Shown here: positions 1 to 9,689 of the stretch, one piece after another
Numbering within the stretch: the stretch's first letter is position 1
How the letters are laid out: the number at the start of each line of letters is the position of its first letter
NCBI GenBank assembly: GCA_031285625.1
Contig: JAITVV010000095.1
Span: 160,001 to 224,000 of the forward strand
Direction: 5' to 3'
DNA: 64,000 nt
Origin: Prevotella sp.
GTDB lineage: Bacteria > Bacteroidota > Bacteroidia > Bacteroidales > Dysgonomonadaceae
Translations under genes and position numbers: made by a program
The notes under the pieces: model-generated
The model's database searches: none
What the model saw: the letters and a program-made list of their open reading frames with translations, nothing else
What the model was told of the DNA's origin: nothing

Positions 1-1324
1 TTAGGCGTTCAAATCCCAATCCAAAACCGGCATGAGGTGCTGTACCAAAGCGACGCGTTTCCAGATACCACCATATAGGATCGGTATTCATACCAAGTTC
101 TTTTGTGCGATTGATTAGTTTTTCATAATCAGCTTCACGTTCCGAACCTCCGATAATTTCCCCGATCTTAGGGAAGAGCACATCCATTCCACGAACTGTT
201 TTGCCATCTTCGTTCTGCTTCATATAGAAGGACTTGATCTCTTTCGGATAATCAGTAAGAATAACAGGACGTTTGAAATGTTTTTCTACCAGATAACGCT
301 CATGCTCCGACTGGAGGTCTGCACCCCAATAAACAGGGAACTCAAACTTATGTCCACTCTTCTCTAATATCTCAACACCTTCTGTATAAGTCAGGCGTAC
401 AAAATCGTTTGCAATTACAAATTGCAGACGATCGACCAACTCCTTATCGAAATGTTCACCTAAGAATTCAATGTCATCCTTGCAATGCTCCAATGCATAT
501 CTTATCAGATATTTAAGGAAATCTTCAGCGAGATCCATATTATCATTGATATCATAGAAAGCAACTTCCGGTTCTATCATCCAAAACTCAGCCAGATGGC
601 GTGGAGTATTCGAATTTTCGGCACGGAATGTCGGGCCAAAAGTATATATCGCTCCTAATGCCATTGCTCCAAGTTCACCTTCGAGCTGACCGGATACCGT
701 CAGGTTTGTCTGACGTCCAAAAAAGTCTTCAGCATAATCAACTTGCCCTTTATCATTGCGGGGAGTATTGTTAAAGTCAAGCGTAGTCACCTGAAACATA
801 GAACCTGCCCCCTCAGCATCGGATGCTGTTACAATAGGTGTATGGAAATAGAAAAATCCGTTATCATTAAAGTACTTATGAATAGCATAAGCCATATGAT
901 GACGTATACGGAATATTGCACCAAAAGTATTTGTACGGGGACGCAGATAGGCTATCTCCCTCAAAAACTCCAATGAGTGCCCTTTCTTTTGTAATGGATA
1001 AGTCTCCGGATCTGCCGTTCCGTATATTTCTACAGAATCTGCCTGTATTTCCATTGTTTGTCCTTTACCTTGCGATTCTACAAGCTTACCAACCACATGG
1101 ATGCAAGCACCGGTAGTGACAGGTTTGAAGAAATCTTCCCCGAATTTTTCTACATCGGCTACAATCTGAAGATTATTTATCGTAGAGCCATCATTAAGGT
1201 GAATAAAGTTCACATATTTATTACCCCGGATAGTTCTTACCCATCCTTTTACTGAAACTGTAGCTCCAAATTCTTTCTTCTTTTGGAGCAAATCTGCAAT
1301 TTTTGTTCTACGAATAGTTTCCAT
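1..1324 (-). CDS. asnS: Asparagine--tRNA ligase; 3' end runs off the left edge of the window
   Basis: Not in the ORF track because it is truncated. Manual reverse translation from ATG at 1324 gives [13 protein letters not shown]...[12 protein letters not shown] (OB anticodon domain), [35 protein letters not shown] (motif 2) and [23 protein letters not shown] (motif 3). Confidence 0.97.
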   Translation of the reverse strand, partial: METIRRTKIADLLQKKKEFGATVSVKGWVRTIRGNKYVNFIHLNDGSTINNLQIVADVEKFGEDFFKPVTTGACIHVVGKLVESQGKGQTMEIQADSVEIYGTADPETYPLQKKGHSLEFLREIAYLRPRTNTFGAIFRIRHHMAYAIHKYFNDNGFFYFHTPIVTASDAEGAGSMFQVTTLDFNNTPRNDKGQVDYAEDFFGRQTNLTVSGQLEGELGAMALGAIYTFGPTFRAENSNTPRHLAEFWMIEPEVAFYDINDNMDLAEDFLKYLIRYALEHCKDDIEFLGEHFDKELVDRLQFVIANDFVRLTYTEGVEILEKSGHKFEFPVYWGADLQSEHERYLVEKHFKRPVILTDYPKEIKSFYMKQNEDGKTVRGMDVLFPKIGEIIGGSEREADYEKLINRTKELGMNTDPIWWYLETRRFGTAPHAGFGLGFERL

Positions 1325-1437
1325 ATTTGTAATTATATAATAAAAGCTTACAAAAATAATAAAAGTAACGTTTCTCAGCTAATCTTTGCTACGTTACTTT
1401 TACTATCTCTGTATCTTTGATTTCTTATATGCCTGTC

Positions 1438-2475
1438 TTATTCGCTTAAATATTTCTCTACAGCTTTCTTTAAAGCCTCTTTTTTAGAGGAATCGATTAT
1501 TAATTCATAAATCGGAAGTTGTGTATTATAGGTAGTGGTAAATCCAATTAAAGCCAGATTATCATTGGTCAACTTGTCCCAACCATCATATGCAATCGAA
1601 GTTCCCTTATAATTAGTCACATCTACCATCCAGCCATTCTTAGGACTTTTCCCTCCTATAACTTCAAAATAGATATTCTCCTTATCATTCGATTCAACTT
1701 CATTTAATGTTTCAGTAAGCTCTGTAGGGCTAAGTGAGAAGTAACTACAATTATTCAATAATCTTATATGTGCAGAAGACTCATTTGAATATACGTTACT
1801 TGTCCTATACAGAAAATCCACCCTTTCTCCAACAAGAACTGATGTTAAGACATGAGTACCATATAATCGAATAATCTCTTCGGGTGATTTTTCCTGTATG
1901 TCTTTCTTAAATTCTTCTGTAAGGTATTTATTATTCAAATTCTCAATTAGTATATCATAATCCAGAAAAGTTCTGTACCATGAATGTATTTGTGATATAC
2001 CTGAATAATAATAATTCAAATTGGTAAAAGCGGTATCTCTATTAAAAGCCGGAATAATTGCTTCTCTAAATAAATTCTTATATTTTTCTACTTCTATCTC
2101 AGAAAATCTTGCAATTTTTGCTAATTCTTTCCTATAAGACTCTTCTGCACCTCCAATTGACAATTCCGAAGAAAAAACATGAGCACTGGCTTTTCCTATA
2201 CGGCCATCATAATCAGACTCAAAATTTTCTATATCTATTATCTTATTTCTCACCCATGCAGGATGAGCAAACTTTCCAGTCATATCATAACCATAACCTA
2301 TCATAAAATACTGTTCATCAACACCCTTATTTTGATAATTAAAATTATATATTGCAGACATATCAATGCCCGTCTTAAACTTATTTGTTTCCTTAGGCAT
2401 TGTTGTATCCTCACTATCGGAACATGATGATAGTATTACTATTAAAGGCAAAAATAAAAGAATTAAATTTTTCAT
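1438..2475 (-). CDS. MACPF (membrane attack complex/perforin) domain lipoprotein, BSAP-like
   Basis: Lipobox ILSSC; IGYGYDMTG near the N-terminus; LTEEFKKDI...IIRLYGTHVLTSVLVGE (MACPF signature, with GE in place of GG); C-terminal LPIYELI...KKEALKKAVEKYL typical of Bacteroidetes MACPFs. Confidence 0.85.
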   Translation of the reverse strand: MKNLILLFLPLIVILSSCSDSEDTTMPKETNKFKTGIDMSAIYNFNYQNKGVDEQYFMIGYGYDMTGKFAHPAWVRNKIIDIENFESDYDGRIGKASAHVFSSELSIGGAEESYRKELAKIARFSEIEVEKYKNLFREAIIPAFNRDTAFTNLNYYYSGISQIHSWYRTFLDYDILIENLNNKYLTEEFKKDIQEKSPEEIIRLYGTHVLTSVLVGERVDFLYRTSNVYSNESSAHIRLLNNCSYFSLSPTELTETLNEVESNDKENIYFEVIGGKSPKNGWMVDVTNYKGTSIAYDGWDKLTNDNLALIGFTTTYNTQLPIYELIIDSSKKEALKKAVEKYLSE

Positions 2476-2498
2476 AGCTGGGCTTATTAGTTTATATT

Positions 2499-2530
2499 AA
2501 AAGTAAGTGTGAGATAAATCCCACACTTAC
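2499..2530 (-). terminator. Intrinsic terminator after rluB
   Basis: Minus strand reads GTAAGTGTGGGAT-TT-ATCTCACACTTAC followed by TTTT. Confidence 0.65.
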
Positions 2531-2568
2531 ACAAATATAATACTTTTTTAAGATTGCAATACTTTTTA

Positions 2569-3924
2569 TTACTCAAAAGCACCCATACGAAGCATATTTA
2601 CTTCTTTTTCTGATAAATAACGCCATTTTCCTCTTGGTATATTCTTTTTGGTGAGTCCGGCAAAGTAAACTCTGTCGAGCTTCATTACCTGATATCCCAG
2701 TTTTTCGAATATACGGCGAACAATACGGTTACGTCCTGAGTGAATTTCTATACCAACCACATTCAGTACATCTTCTGCCTGATATGCTATTGAGTCTGCA
2801 TGTATTTCGCCATCATCCAGTTCTACACCGTCTGCAATGGCCTGCATATCTTCGATAGCCACATCACGGTCAAGTGTTACCTGATAGATTTTTTTCTTCT
2901 TGAATTTAGGGTGCATCAACTTGGAAGCTAAGTCACCATCATTTGTCAATAAGAGAACACCTGTTGTATTCCTGTCGAGGCGGCCAACCGGATAAATACG
3001 TTCAGGACAAGCATTCTTTACCAGATCCATTACCGTAAGACGATTCTGAGGATCGTCTGAAGTAGTCACGCAGTTTTTAGGTTTATTCAAAAGAACATAT
3101 ACCTTACTTTCCAGACGCACCGGATTATCCTGAAATGTTACCAGATCGCCACGCGTAACTTTTGCTCCTAATTGATCAACGACTACCCCGTTAACCTTAA
3201 CTACACCTGATGTGATGAATGCATCGGCTTCACGACGGGAACAAACTCCTGCATTGGCCAGATACTTGTTCAATCGTAATGGTGTGTTAGGATCTATATT
3301 TTCCTTATATTTTACAGGCTTAACAAGTCTCTTAACTCCTTCGGCTGCTTTATTATAACCGCCACCGCCGCCGCGATTATTAGAGTAACCGCCGCCACGG
3401 TTGTTGGAATAACCTCCTCCGCCACGGTTGTTAGAGTAACCGCCACCGCCGCGATTATTAGAATAGCCTCCGCCACCGCCACGGTTGTTGGAGTAACCTC
3501 CGCTACTGTTACCACGGTTACTTGAGTAACCGCCACCACTGCGGTTGCCAGAATATCCTCCACTACTATTACCACGATTACCGGAGTAACCACCGCCACC
3601 GCGATTATCAGAGTAACCTCCACCGCGATTATCGGAATAGCCTCCTGACTGACGCCCGTCATTTCCGTACGAACGGCGTTCTTCGTTGCCTCTATCATAA
3701 GACGGTCTCGATTGACGGTCTCCATCATATGAAGAACCACCTTGTCTGTCTCCACCGGATTTATATGGATTTCTTTCTCGTCCTCTATCAGTGTCATATG
3801 CTTGCTTGCGTAGGTCTCCTACACGAGCACGTTTCTTCTTTACCGGGTCTGACCCGTTTGAATTGTTTTCTGATGAAGAGTAACCATCCCGGCTTTCTCT
3901 TTCATTTCCATTGTCTGTCACCAT
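2569..3924 (-). CDS. rluB: 23S rRNA pseudouridine synthase (RluB/RsuA family) with a long disordered Gly-rich N-terminus
   Basis: S4 domain LRLNKYLANAGVCSRREAD, LLNKPK, catalytic YPVGRLDRNTTGVLLLTNDG, and GRNRIVRR. Confidence 0.9.
   Translation of the reverse strand: MVTDNGNERESRDGYSSSENNSNGSDPVKKKRARVGDLRKQAYDTDRGRERNPYKSGGDRQGGSSYDGDRQSRPSYDRGNEERRSYGNDGRQSGGYSDNRGGGYSDNRGGGGYSGNRGNSSGGYSGNRSGGGYSSNRGNSSGGYSNNRGGGGGYSNNRGGGGYSNNRGGGGYSNNRGGGYSNNRGGGGGYNKAAEGVKRLVKPVKYKENIDPNTPLRLNKYLANAGVCSRREADAFITSGVVKVNGVVVDQLGAKVTRGDLVTFQDNPVRLESKVYVLLNKPKNCVTTSDDPQNRLTVMDLVKNACPERIYPVGRLDRNTTGVLLLTNDGDLASKLMHPKFKKKKIYQVTLDRDVAIEDMQAIADGVELDDGEIHADSIAYQAEDVLNVVGIEIHSGRNRIVRRIFEKLGYQVMKLDRVYFAGLTKKNIPRGKWRYLSEKEVNMLRMGAFE
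3356..3645 (-). repeat. Intragenic coding tandem repeat, about 10 x GGYSxNR(G/S)n, in the RluB N-terminus
   Basis: Protein shows ten GGYS(D/G/S/N)NR units; the DNA units are ~27-33 nt with synonymous variation. Confidence 0.9.
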
Positions 3925-3988
3925 TGTTTTCCTTTTGTTTAATTATAATTTTGTTTAATTTGCGATAGCCTCACGGTTATCTTTTAGA

Positions 3989-5332
3989 TTACACACCTGT
4001 GTATGAGTGAGGGGTAATCTTCCTAAGTTCGTCTTTCACGGCTTCACTTACATTCAGTCCGTTAATGAAATCAGCAATTGATTCTGCCGTTATCGCATTA
4101 TTCGTGCGGGTAAGTGCTTTCAGCGCTTCGTAAGGTTTAGGGTAACCTTCGCGGCGCAATATAGTCTGAATTCCTTCAGCTACAACAGCCCAACAATTCT
4201 CTAAATCCTTAAATAATGTGTCATTGTTTAATAATAATTTATCTAATCCTTTCAATGTGCTTTGTATAGCAATCACAATATGTCCTACAGGTACTCCTAT
4301 ATTCCGGAGAACGGTGGAGTCTGTCAAGTCCCTCTGCAAACGGGATATCGGAAGCTTTGATGCCAAATGTTCTAAAATAGCATTTGCTATTCCGAGATTT
4401 CCTTCTGCATTTTCGAAGTCGATAGGGTTCACCTTATGGGGCATTGCCGAAGAACCTATCTCGCCTTCTTTTATTTTTTGTTTAAAATATTCCATTGAAA
4501 TGTACTGCCAGAAATCACGATTAAGGTCTATCATAATCGTATCTATCCGCTTCAATGCATCAAATACAGCAGCCAGATTATCATAGTTAGAAATCTGGGT
4601 AGTCCACTCTTCCCTTTCCAAGCCCAGTTTTTCGGATACAAATTTGTTACCGAAAGCTTTCCAGTCATATTCAGGATATGCTACATTATGTGCATTATAA
4701 TTTCCTGTAGCTCCACCGAATTTAGCAGATAAAGGAATTGATTTTAATAAGCTTAATTGTCCTTCGAGGCGGCTTACAAAAACCATTATTTCTTTTCCCA
4801 AACGGGTTGGAGAAGCCGGTTGTCCATGAGTCTTAGCCAACATAGCTATATCAGCCCATGTTGTTGCCTGGCTTTTTAGCTTAGTTATCAATTCATTCAA
4901 CAATGGATAATATACATCATTCAATGCATCTTTCAATGAAAGGGGTATTGACGTATTATTAATATCCTGAGACGTGAGTCCAAAATGAATGAATTCTTTA
5001 TATTGTTCCAAGCCTAATTCGTCAAATTTTTCTTTAATAAAATATTCAACGGCTTTTACATCATGGTTTGTTATCTTCTCTGTATCCTTAATATGCAGAG
5101 CATTATCTTCCGAAAAATTATCTACTATATTTCTCAGTTTTGGAAAAACAGCTTTATCTATATTCTTCAATTGAGGGAGTGGCAATTCGCATAGTGCAAT
5201 GAAGTATTCTATCTCAACTAATACACGATATTTGATAAGAGCATACTCTGAAAAATATTCTGCCAGTTTTTCTGTTTTATTACGATAACGCCCATCTATA
5301 GGCGAGATGGATGTTAAGGGGGTTAGTCTCAT
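3989..5332 (-). CDS. purB: Adenylosuccinate lyase
   Basis: SPIDGRY, TNHDVKAVEY, HFGLTSQD, KTHGQPASPT and fumarase-family signature GSSAMPHKVNPIDFEN. Confidence 0.97.
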   Translation of the reverse strand: MRLTPLTSISPIDGRYRNKTEKLAEYFSEYALIKYRVLVEIEYFIALCELPLPQLKNIDKAVFPKLRNIVDNFSEDNALHIKDTEKITNHDVKAVEYFIKEKFDELGLEQYKEFIHFGLTSQDINNTSIPLSLKDALNDVYYPLLNELITKLKSQATTWADIAMLAKTHGQPASPTRLGKEIMVFVSRLEGQLSLLKSIPLSAKFGGATGNYNAHNVAYPEYDWKAFGNKFVSEKLGLEREEWTTQISNYDNLAAVFDALKRIDTIMIDLNRDFWQYISMEYFKQKIKEGEIGSSAMPHKVNPIDFENAEGNLGIANAILEHLASKLPISRLQRDLTDSTVLRNIGVPVGHIVIAIQSTLKGLDKLLLNNDTLFKDLENCWAVVAEGIQTILRREGYPKPYEALKALTRTNNAITAESIADFINGLNVSEAVKDELRKITPHSYTGV

Positions 5333-5525
5333 TTTATGTTACAAGTACTTTTGTGTTTTTAATATTTCTTTTTGAAAACTCTATTTTCGATATCACTATT
5401 TACTTTAGACTACAAATATATAACAAATATTATTCCAATAGGTTTATAATACAAAGAAAGTATTCATTTTTTTAATCTTTTTCACACTATAAAAGATAAA
5501 ACAAAAACCGCTGAATTATTTGTTT

Positions 5526-6047
5526 CTAATATTCTAAATACCAACTTAATTCCTGAACGACAGAATCCGGATAAAATTGCCCAAGATCGGGAATTCTGAT
5601 GAATGCAAATTTCCAATTTTTCCCATTATCTTGCGACCCGGCAACAATATTTATCCTGGTTACAATGGGTTCATCCAATCCATCTCTGAACTGTTGACTG
5701 ACTTTTTGCTCCAATACCGAATAATAACAATCATTTTCTCCTTTTATCAGGACTCCTTTGTCCTCTAATACAATAGATGTAGAACTAAAGTCATCCATTG
5801 GGAATTCCTTGTTGCGCATTCCATTTAGATACCTGTCTTTGCCCCCTTCCATATCCAGATATGCGGGTAATGTATATTCAACAAGGCGTTCTATATCGAA
5901 TTCTTCGAGGCTTTGTGCATATATGGCAGCATCTGCTATCATATTTGCTACGCGTTCCGTATCATTCCGGGGCTCGACTCTTTCCAGCTTAGTTCCATTA
6001 CACGAGATTGACAACAGGATAGCTAATAACAGGCATGCATATTTCAT
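5526..6047 (-). CDS. Hypothetical lipoprotein (possibly NTF2/SnoaL-like fold)
   Basis: Start reassigned to MKYACLLLAILLSISC (lipobox), which removes the overlap with the upstream gene. The C-terminal SQDNGKNWKF pattern is common in Bacteroidetes hypotheticals. The fold is an inference. Confidence 0.6.
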   Translation of the reverse strand: MKYACLLLAILLSISCNGTKLERVEPRNDTERVANMIADAAIYAQSLEEFDIERLVEYTLPAYLDMEGGKDRYLNGMRNKEFPMDDFSSTSIVLEDKGVLIKGENDCYYSVLEQKVSQQFRDGLDEPIVTRINIVAGSQDNGKNWKFAFIRIPDLGQFYPDSVVQELSWYLEY

Positions 6048-6087
6048 AATGTCTGTGTGTCTATTTTTGTGAAGTATCTTAAAGAAA

Positions 6088-7194
6088 TTAAACAACCCCA
6101 TACTTATTCAATGTAGCTACAATCTTATATAGCTCTTCATTCGTCAGGGAAGGATACAAAGGAATGCTCAGTACTTCGTTTTGTAAGAGTTCCGATACAG
6201 GCAAACTTAAATATTTCAACTCACTGTATGCTTGCTGCTTGTGTATCGCATGCGGATAGTGTATCTGCGTCTGAATACTATTATAAGCCAGATATTGCTG
6301 GAGTTTTGCTCGTTCTTTGCAACGAATTACAAACAGATGAAATACATGGCTTTCCCAATCTTTCACTTCAGGTAGGATAAATGAATTATTCTTTATATTA
6401 TTCAAATAGAACTTCGCTATTTCTCTGCGCCGTCTGTTATCTTCATCGAGGTGTTTCAGCCTGACAGACAATATGGCCGCTTGTAACTCGTCCAGCCGGG
6501 TATTCAGTCCCTTGTATTTGTGTGCATACTTTTCGTCCGAACCATAATTTGAAATGCTGGCTATTATCCGGGCCAGTTCCTTGTTATTGGTCGTTACTGC
6601 ACCGGCATCGCCCAGTGATCCCAAATTCTTTACAGGATAGAAACTAAAAGCTGCAGCATCACCAATATTTCCGGCTTTACATCCTTTGTAAACAGCTCCA
6701 TGGGCTTGCGCAGCATCTTCAATCAACAAAAGATTATGCTTCCTTGCCAGAAGTTTCAGCTCGTCCATTGCAGCGACTTGCCCAAATAGATGGACAGCAA
6801 CAATAGCTTTTGTCTTATCTGTTATTTTTTCTTTTACAGAAACGGGATCGATATTATATGAATGGATATCACAATCGGCTAATACCGGAATCAACCCGCA
6901 TTGTGTTACAGCCAAGGCTGTGGCAATAAAAGAATTCGCAGGCAGGATAATCTCATCCCCTACCCTTATCTTGCCTAACTCCATATATCCCATCAGTATC
7001 AGACGAAGGGCATCAAGCCCATTGCCAACTCCCACACAAAACCGTGTATCACAATAAGAAGAAAAGCTCTTCTCAAAAAATTCATTTGCTTTCCCTCTGA
7101 TATACCAGCCCGAATCAATCACCTGAGATACCGCTTCTTTTATTTCGGAAGCATATCGTTCAGTTTCTCGTTTAAGGTTAAGGAATAGAATCAT
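6088..7194 (-). CDS. DegT/DnrJ/EryC1/StrS family PLP aminotransferase (FdtB-like NDP-sugar transaminase)
   Basis: [36 protein letters not shown](catalytic Lys)[18 protein letters not shown]. Confidence 0.92.
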   Translation of the reverse strand: MILFLNLKRETERYASEIKEAVSQVIDSGWYIRGKANEFFEKSFSSYCDTRFCVGVGNGLDALRLILMGYMELGKIRVGDEIILPANSFIATALAVTQCGLIPVLADCDIHSYNIDPVSVKEKITDKTKAIVAVHLFGQVAAMDELKLLARKHNLLLIEDAAQAHGAVYKGCKAGNIGDAAAFSFYPVKNLGSLGDAGAVTTNNKELARIIASISNYGSDEKYAHKYKGLNTRLDELQAAILSVRLKHLDEDNRRRREIAKFYLNNIKNNSFILPEVKDWESHVFHLFVIRCKERAKLQQYLAYNSIQTQIHYPHAIHKQQAYSELKYLSLPVSELLQNEVLSIPLYPSLTNEELYKIVATLNKYGVV

Positions 7195-7206
7195 TTGATA
7201 AAAAAT

Positions 7207-8016
7207 TTAATTCTGGTTATGTATATACTTTTTTGTTATTTCTATAATCTCCTCTAAACTAGTTTCACTAATCTCATATTGCAGAATGAGTGAAGATATC
7301 CAACCTTGAGTATCTACATAAATAGATTGCTCATCTTTCTTTATAAAAGCCCGTGTAAACTCTTCACCTCCATCTGTCATCGTAATTATAATATCAGTTT
7401 TGGCTTTCCACTCCTCCAGATTGGGAGTAGTTTTACTATATTTTGTATGTCTTAAAACATCCAATATCTTCCTCTGATCAGCAATAGCTACATTCGATTC
7501 ATCCTTCAGGTCAAGATGCCCATATTCAGAATAGGGACTGTTAATATTCATTGTTTTAACACTGAAAAGCACAGGACTTGCCGGCATCACAAATGTACAT
7601 TCCCCTTTTTTACGATACATGCTCCATCGGGATTCTTTTTCTCTAATATCAATTATTATGCCACTAATCGATGGGGGTTCAACCGAAAAAGTCCGTGTAA
7701 ACAGAGTATCACTGCCATTTAACATTGTTGTATGTAATGATATTTTGCGTGTTGAGGGATTATAATCATACATTCCGGAATAACTACGAACCAGAGGACC
7801 GGAAAATGCTTTTGAATTATGGCTGTATTCACCTCCATAATAGAACTCCCCGTTATCAGTAAAATAGAATTTGCTAGCATTGATACGCCCCAATGTAGGA
7901 CTACCAGTATCCATACTCCACAGTTCATTATGCAGCCATGAGGCATCTGAATTTTGAGCATTGCATTTGGCAACACCTAATATAACAATCAGAGCTATGG
8001 TTAACTGTTTCTTCAT
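7207..8016 (-). CDS. Hypothetical exported protein
   Basis: Sec signal MKKQLTIALIVILGVAKCNA/Q; tightly coupled downstream of recN; no family recognised. Confidence 0.6.
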   Translation of the reverse strand: MKKQLTIALIVILGVAKCNAQNSDASWLHNELWSMDTGSPTLGRINASKFYFTDNGEFYYGGEYSHNSKAFSGPLVRSYSGMYDYNPSTRKISLHTTMLNGSDTLFTRTFSVEPPSISGIIIDIREKESRWSMYRKKGECTFVMPASPVLFSVKTMNINSPYSEYGHLDLKDESNVAIADQRKILDVLRHTKYSKTTPNLEEWKAKTDIIITMTDGGEEFTRAFIKKDEQSIYVDTQGWISSLILQYEISETSLEEIIEITKKYIHNQN

Positions 8017-8019
8017 CTT

Positions 8020-9678
8020 CTAAAAACCTAACATTCCCTTTGCATTTTGTATAGCAGCATCTGTCACAGTAGCGCCACTCAACATCCGGGCTATTTCTTC
8101 AAGCCGCTCAGTATCCGACAACCTATCCAGATTTGTAGTAGTGGTCGTTTCATCATCCGATTTATATACTTTATAATGTGCTTTACCCTTAGCTGCTATC
8201 TGAGGCAGATGGGTAATAGCTATTACCTGCATGTTCTTACCAAAGTCAAGCATTACCTGCCCCATTTTATCAGCAATTTCACCCGAAACACCGGTATCTA
8301 TCTCGTCAAATATAATAGTAGGCAACGCTGTAGCTCCGGCAATCATCGATTTGAGGCATAGCATCAAACGGGAGATTTCTCCACCGGATGCAATATTAGC
8401 AATCGGCTGCAAAGGAACATTCTTATTTGCAGAGAACTGAAACAAGACACTATCCATACCATATATATTAAGATGCTCTTCGGCTATAATATCACATTTG
8501 AAACGAATATTAGGCATACCCAGATAAGCCACTTTATCCATAAGTTCTTTTTCGAAACGATCAGTTATAGCAAGACGTTTATCTGTTAACTGCTCTGCCA
8601 GGGCAAGCGTCTTTTCCGATTTCTCGCTAACTTCTTTTTCCAGTGATTCAACTTGCTGATCTGAAGATTCTATATTCTCTATTTTTCGTAAAAACTCATC
8701 ATACAATGCCAACAAACCGGATACTGTATCAACATGGTATTTTTTCTGCAAAGAGTAAATAAGGTCGAGACGGGACTCAATGAAGGACAAACGCTCAGGG
8801 CTAAATTCCACATCATTTGCCAGTTTATCCATTTCAGAAGCCAGATCTTTAAGATCGATATAGGCTGTTTGCAAACGTTCAGAAATTTCTTCCGACCGTG
8901 CAAAAACCTTCCCCAACTGCTGTGATGTATTTAAACCCTCTTTCAGCTGGGATACAATACTATTCTCATCACCGGACAGCAGCGTATGAATCCTGTACAA
9001 TGCCGATTTGATATCTTCGGCGTGTGTAAGCGTTTCCAATTCAGCTTCGAGCTCGTCCTGTTCCCCTTCCTGAAGGGCAGCCTCATTTAAGGATTCTAAC
9101 TGAAAACGAAGATAATCTTCTTCTTCCTTACTCTTTCTTACAGATTCACGAAGATCAGCCAAAGCTTTTTCTGCTAATTTATACTGATGAAATGCTTGCT
9201 GATATTTCTTCAATAAGTCTTTATTTCCCGCAAGCGCGTCTACTACCTGCATCTGGAAACGTGTATCAGATAATAATAGGTTCTGATGCTGTGAATGTAT
9301 ATCGATTAATTGGCTACCTAATTCTTTCAGGTCATTCAGCGTAACAGGCGAATCATTGATAAAAGCACGGGACTTGCCAGACGAAAGGATTTCCCGGCGT
9401 AAGATATAACTATCAGAGTCATATTCTATTCCCTTTTCTTCACAAAATTCTTTCAGATCGTAAGCAGAGACATCAAAAGAGCCTTCGATAACACATTTAC
9501 TCTCTCCCTGTTTTATAGCTTTGATATCAGCACGCTGACCGAGAATAAGGGACAATGCACCCAGAATAATAGATTTTCCGGCACCTGTTTCTCCTGTTAT
9601 AACTGAAAAGCCCGATTCAAAATCGATCTCGAGGCTATCAATTAAAGCATAATTTTTTATATATAATGATTTTAGCAT
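8020..9678 (-). CDS. recN: DNA repair protein RecN
   Basis: ITGETGAGKS Walker A, RAFIN, DIHSQH, coiled coil, ASGGEISRLML, IFDEIDTGVSG, ITHLPQIAA. Confidence 0.97.
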   Translation of the reverse strand: MLKSLYIKNYALIDSLEIDFESGFSVITGETGAGKSIILGALSLILGQRADIKAIKQGESKCVIEGSFDVSAYDLKEFCEEKGIEYDSDSYILRREILSSGKSRAFINDSPVTLNDLKELGSQLIDIHSQHQNLLLSDTRFQMQVVDALAGNKDLLKKYQQAFHQYKLAEKALADLRESVRKSKEEEDYLRFQLESLNEAALQEGEQDELEAELETLTHAEDIKSALYRIHTLLSGDENSIVSQLKEGLNTSQQLGKVFARSEEISERLQTAYIDLKDLASEMDKLANDVEFSPERLSFIESRLDLIYSLQKKYHVDTVSGLLALYDEFLRKIENIESSDQQVESLEKEVSEKSEKTLALAEQLTDKRLAITDRFEKELMDKVAYLGMPNIRFKCDIIAEEHLNIYGMDSVLFQFSANKNVPLQPIANIASGGEISRLMLCLKSMIAGATALPTIIFDEIDTGVSGEIADKMGQVMLDFGKNMQVIAITHLPQIAAKGKAHYKVYKSDDETTTTTNLDRLSDTERLEEIARMLSGATVTDAAIQNAKGMLGF

Positions 9679-9689
9679 AGCTAATTATT

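Noticed and set aside
743-1255. Three short plus-strand ORFs in the track
   Set aside because: Antisense to asnS, which the track missed because it is truncated by the window edge.
3312-3968. Alternative-frame ORFs (3312-3797 minus, 3522-3968 plus) and a CRISPR-like look of the repeats
   Set aside because: They are shadows of the Gly-rich RluB coding repeat. The units vary synonymously and have no unique spacers, so this is not a CRISPR array.
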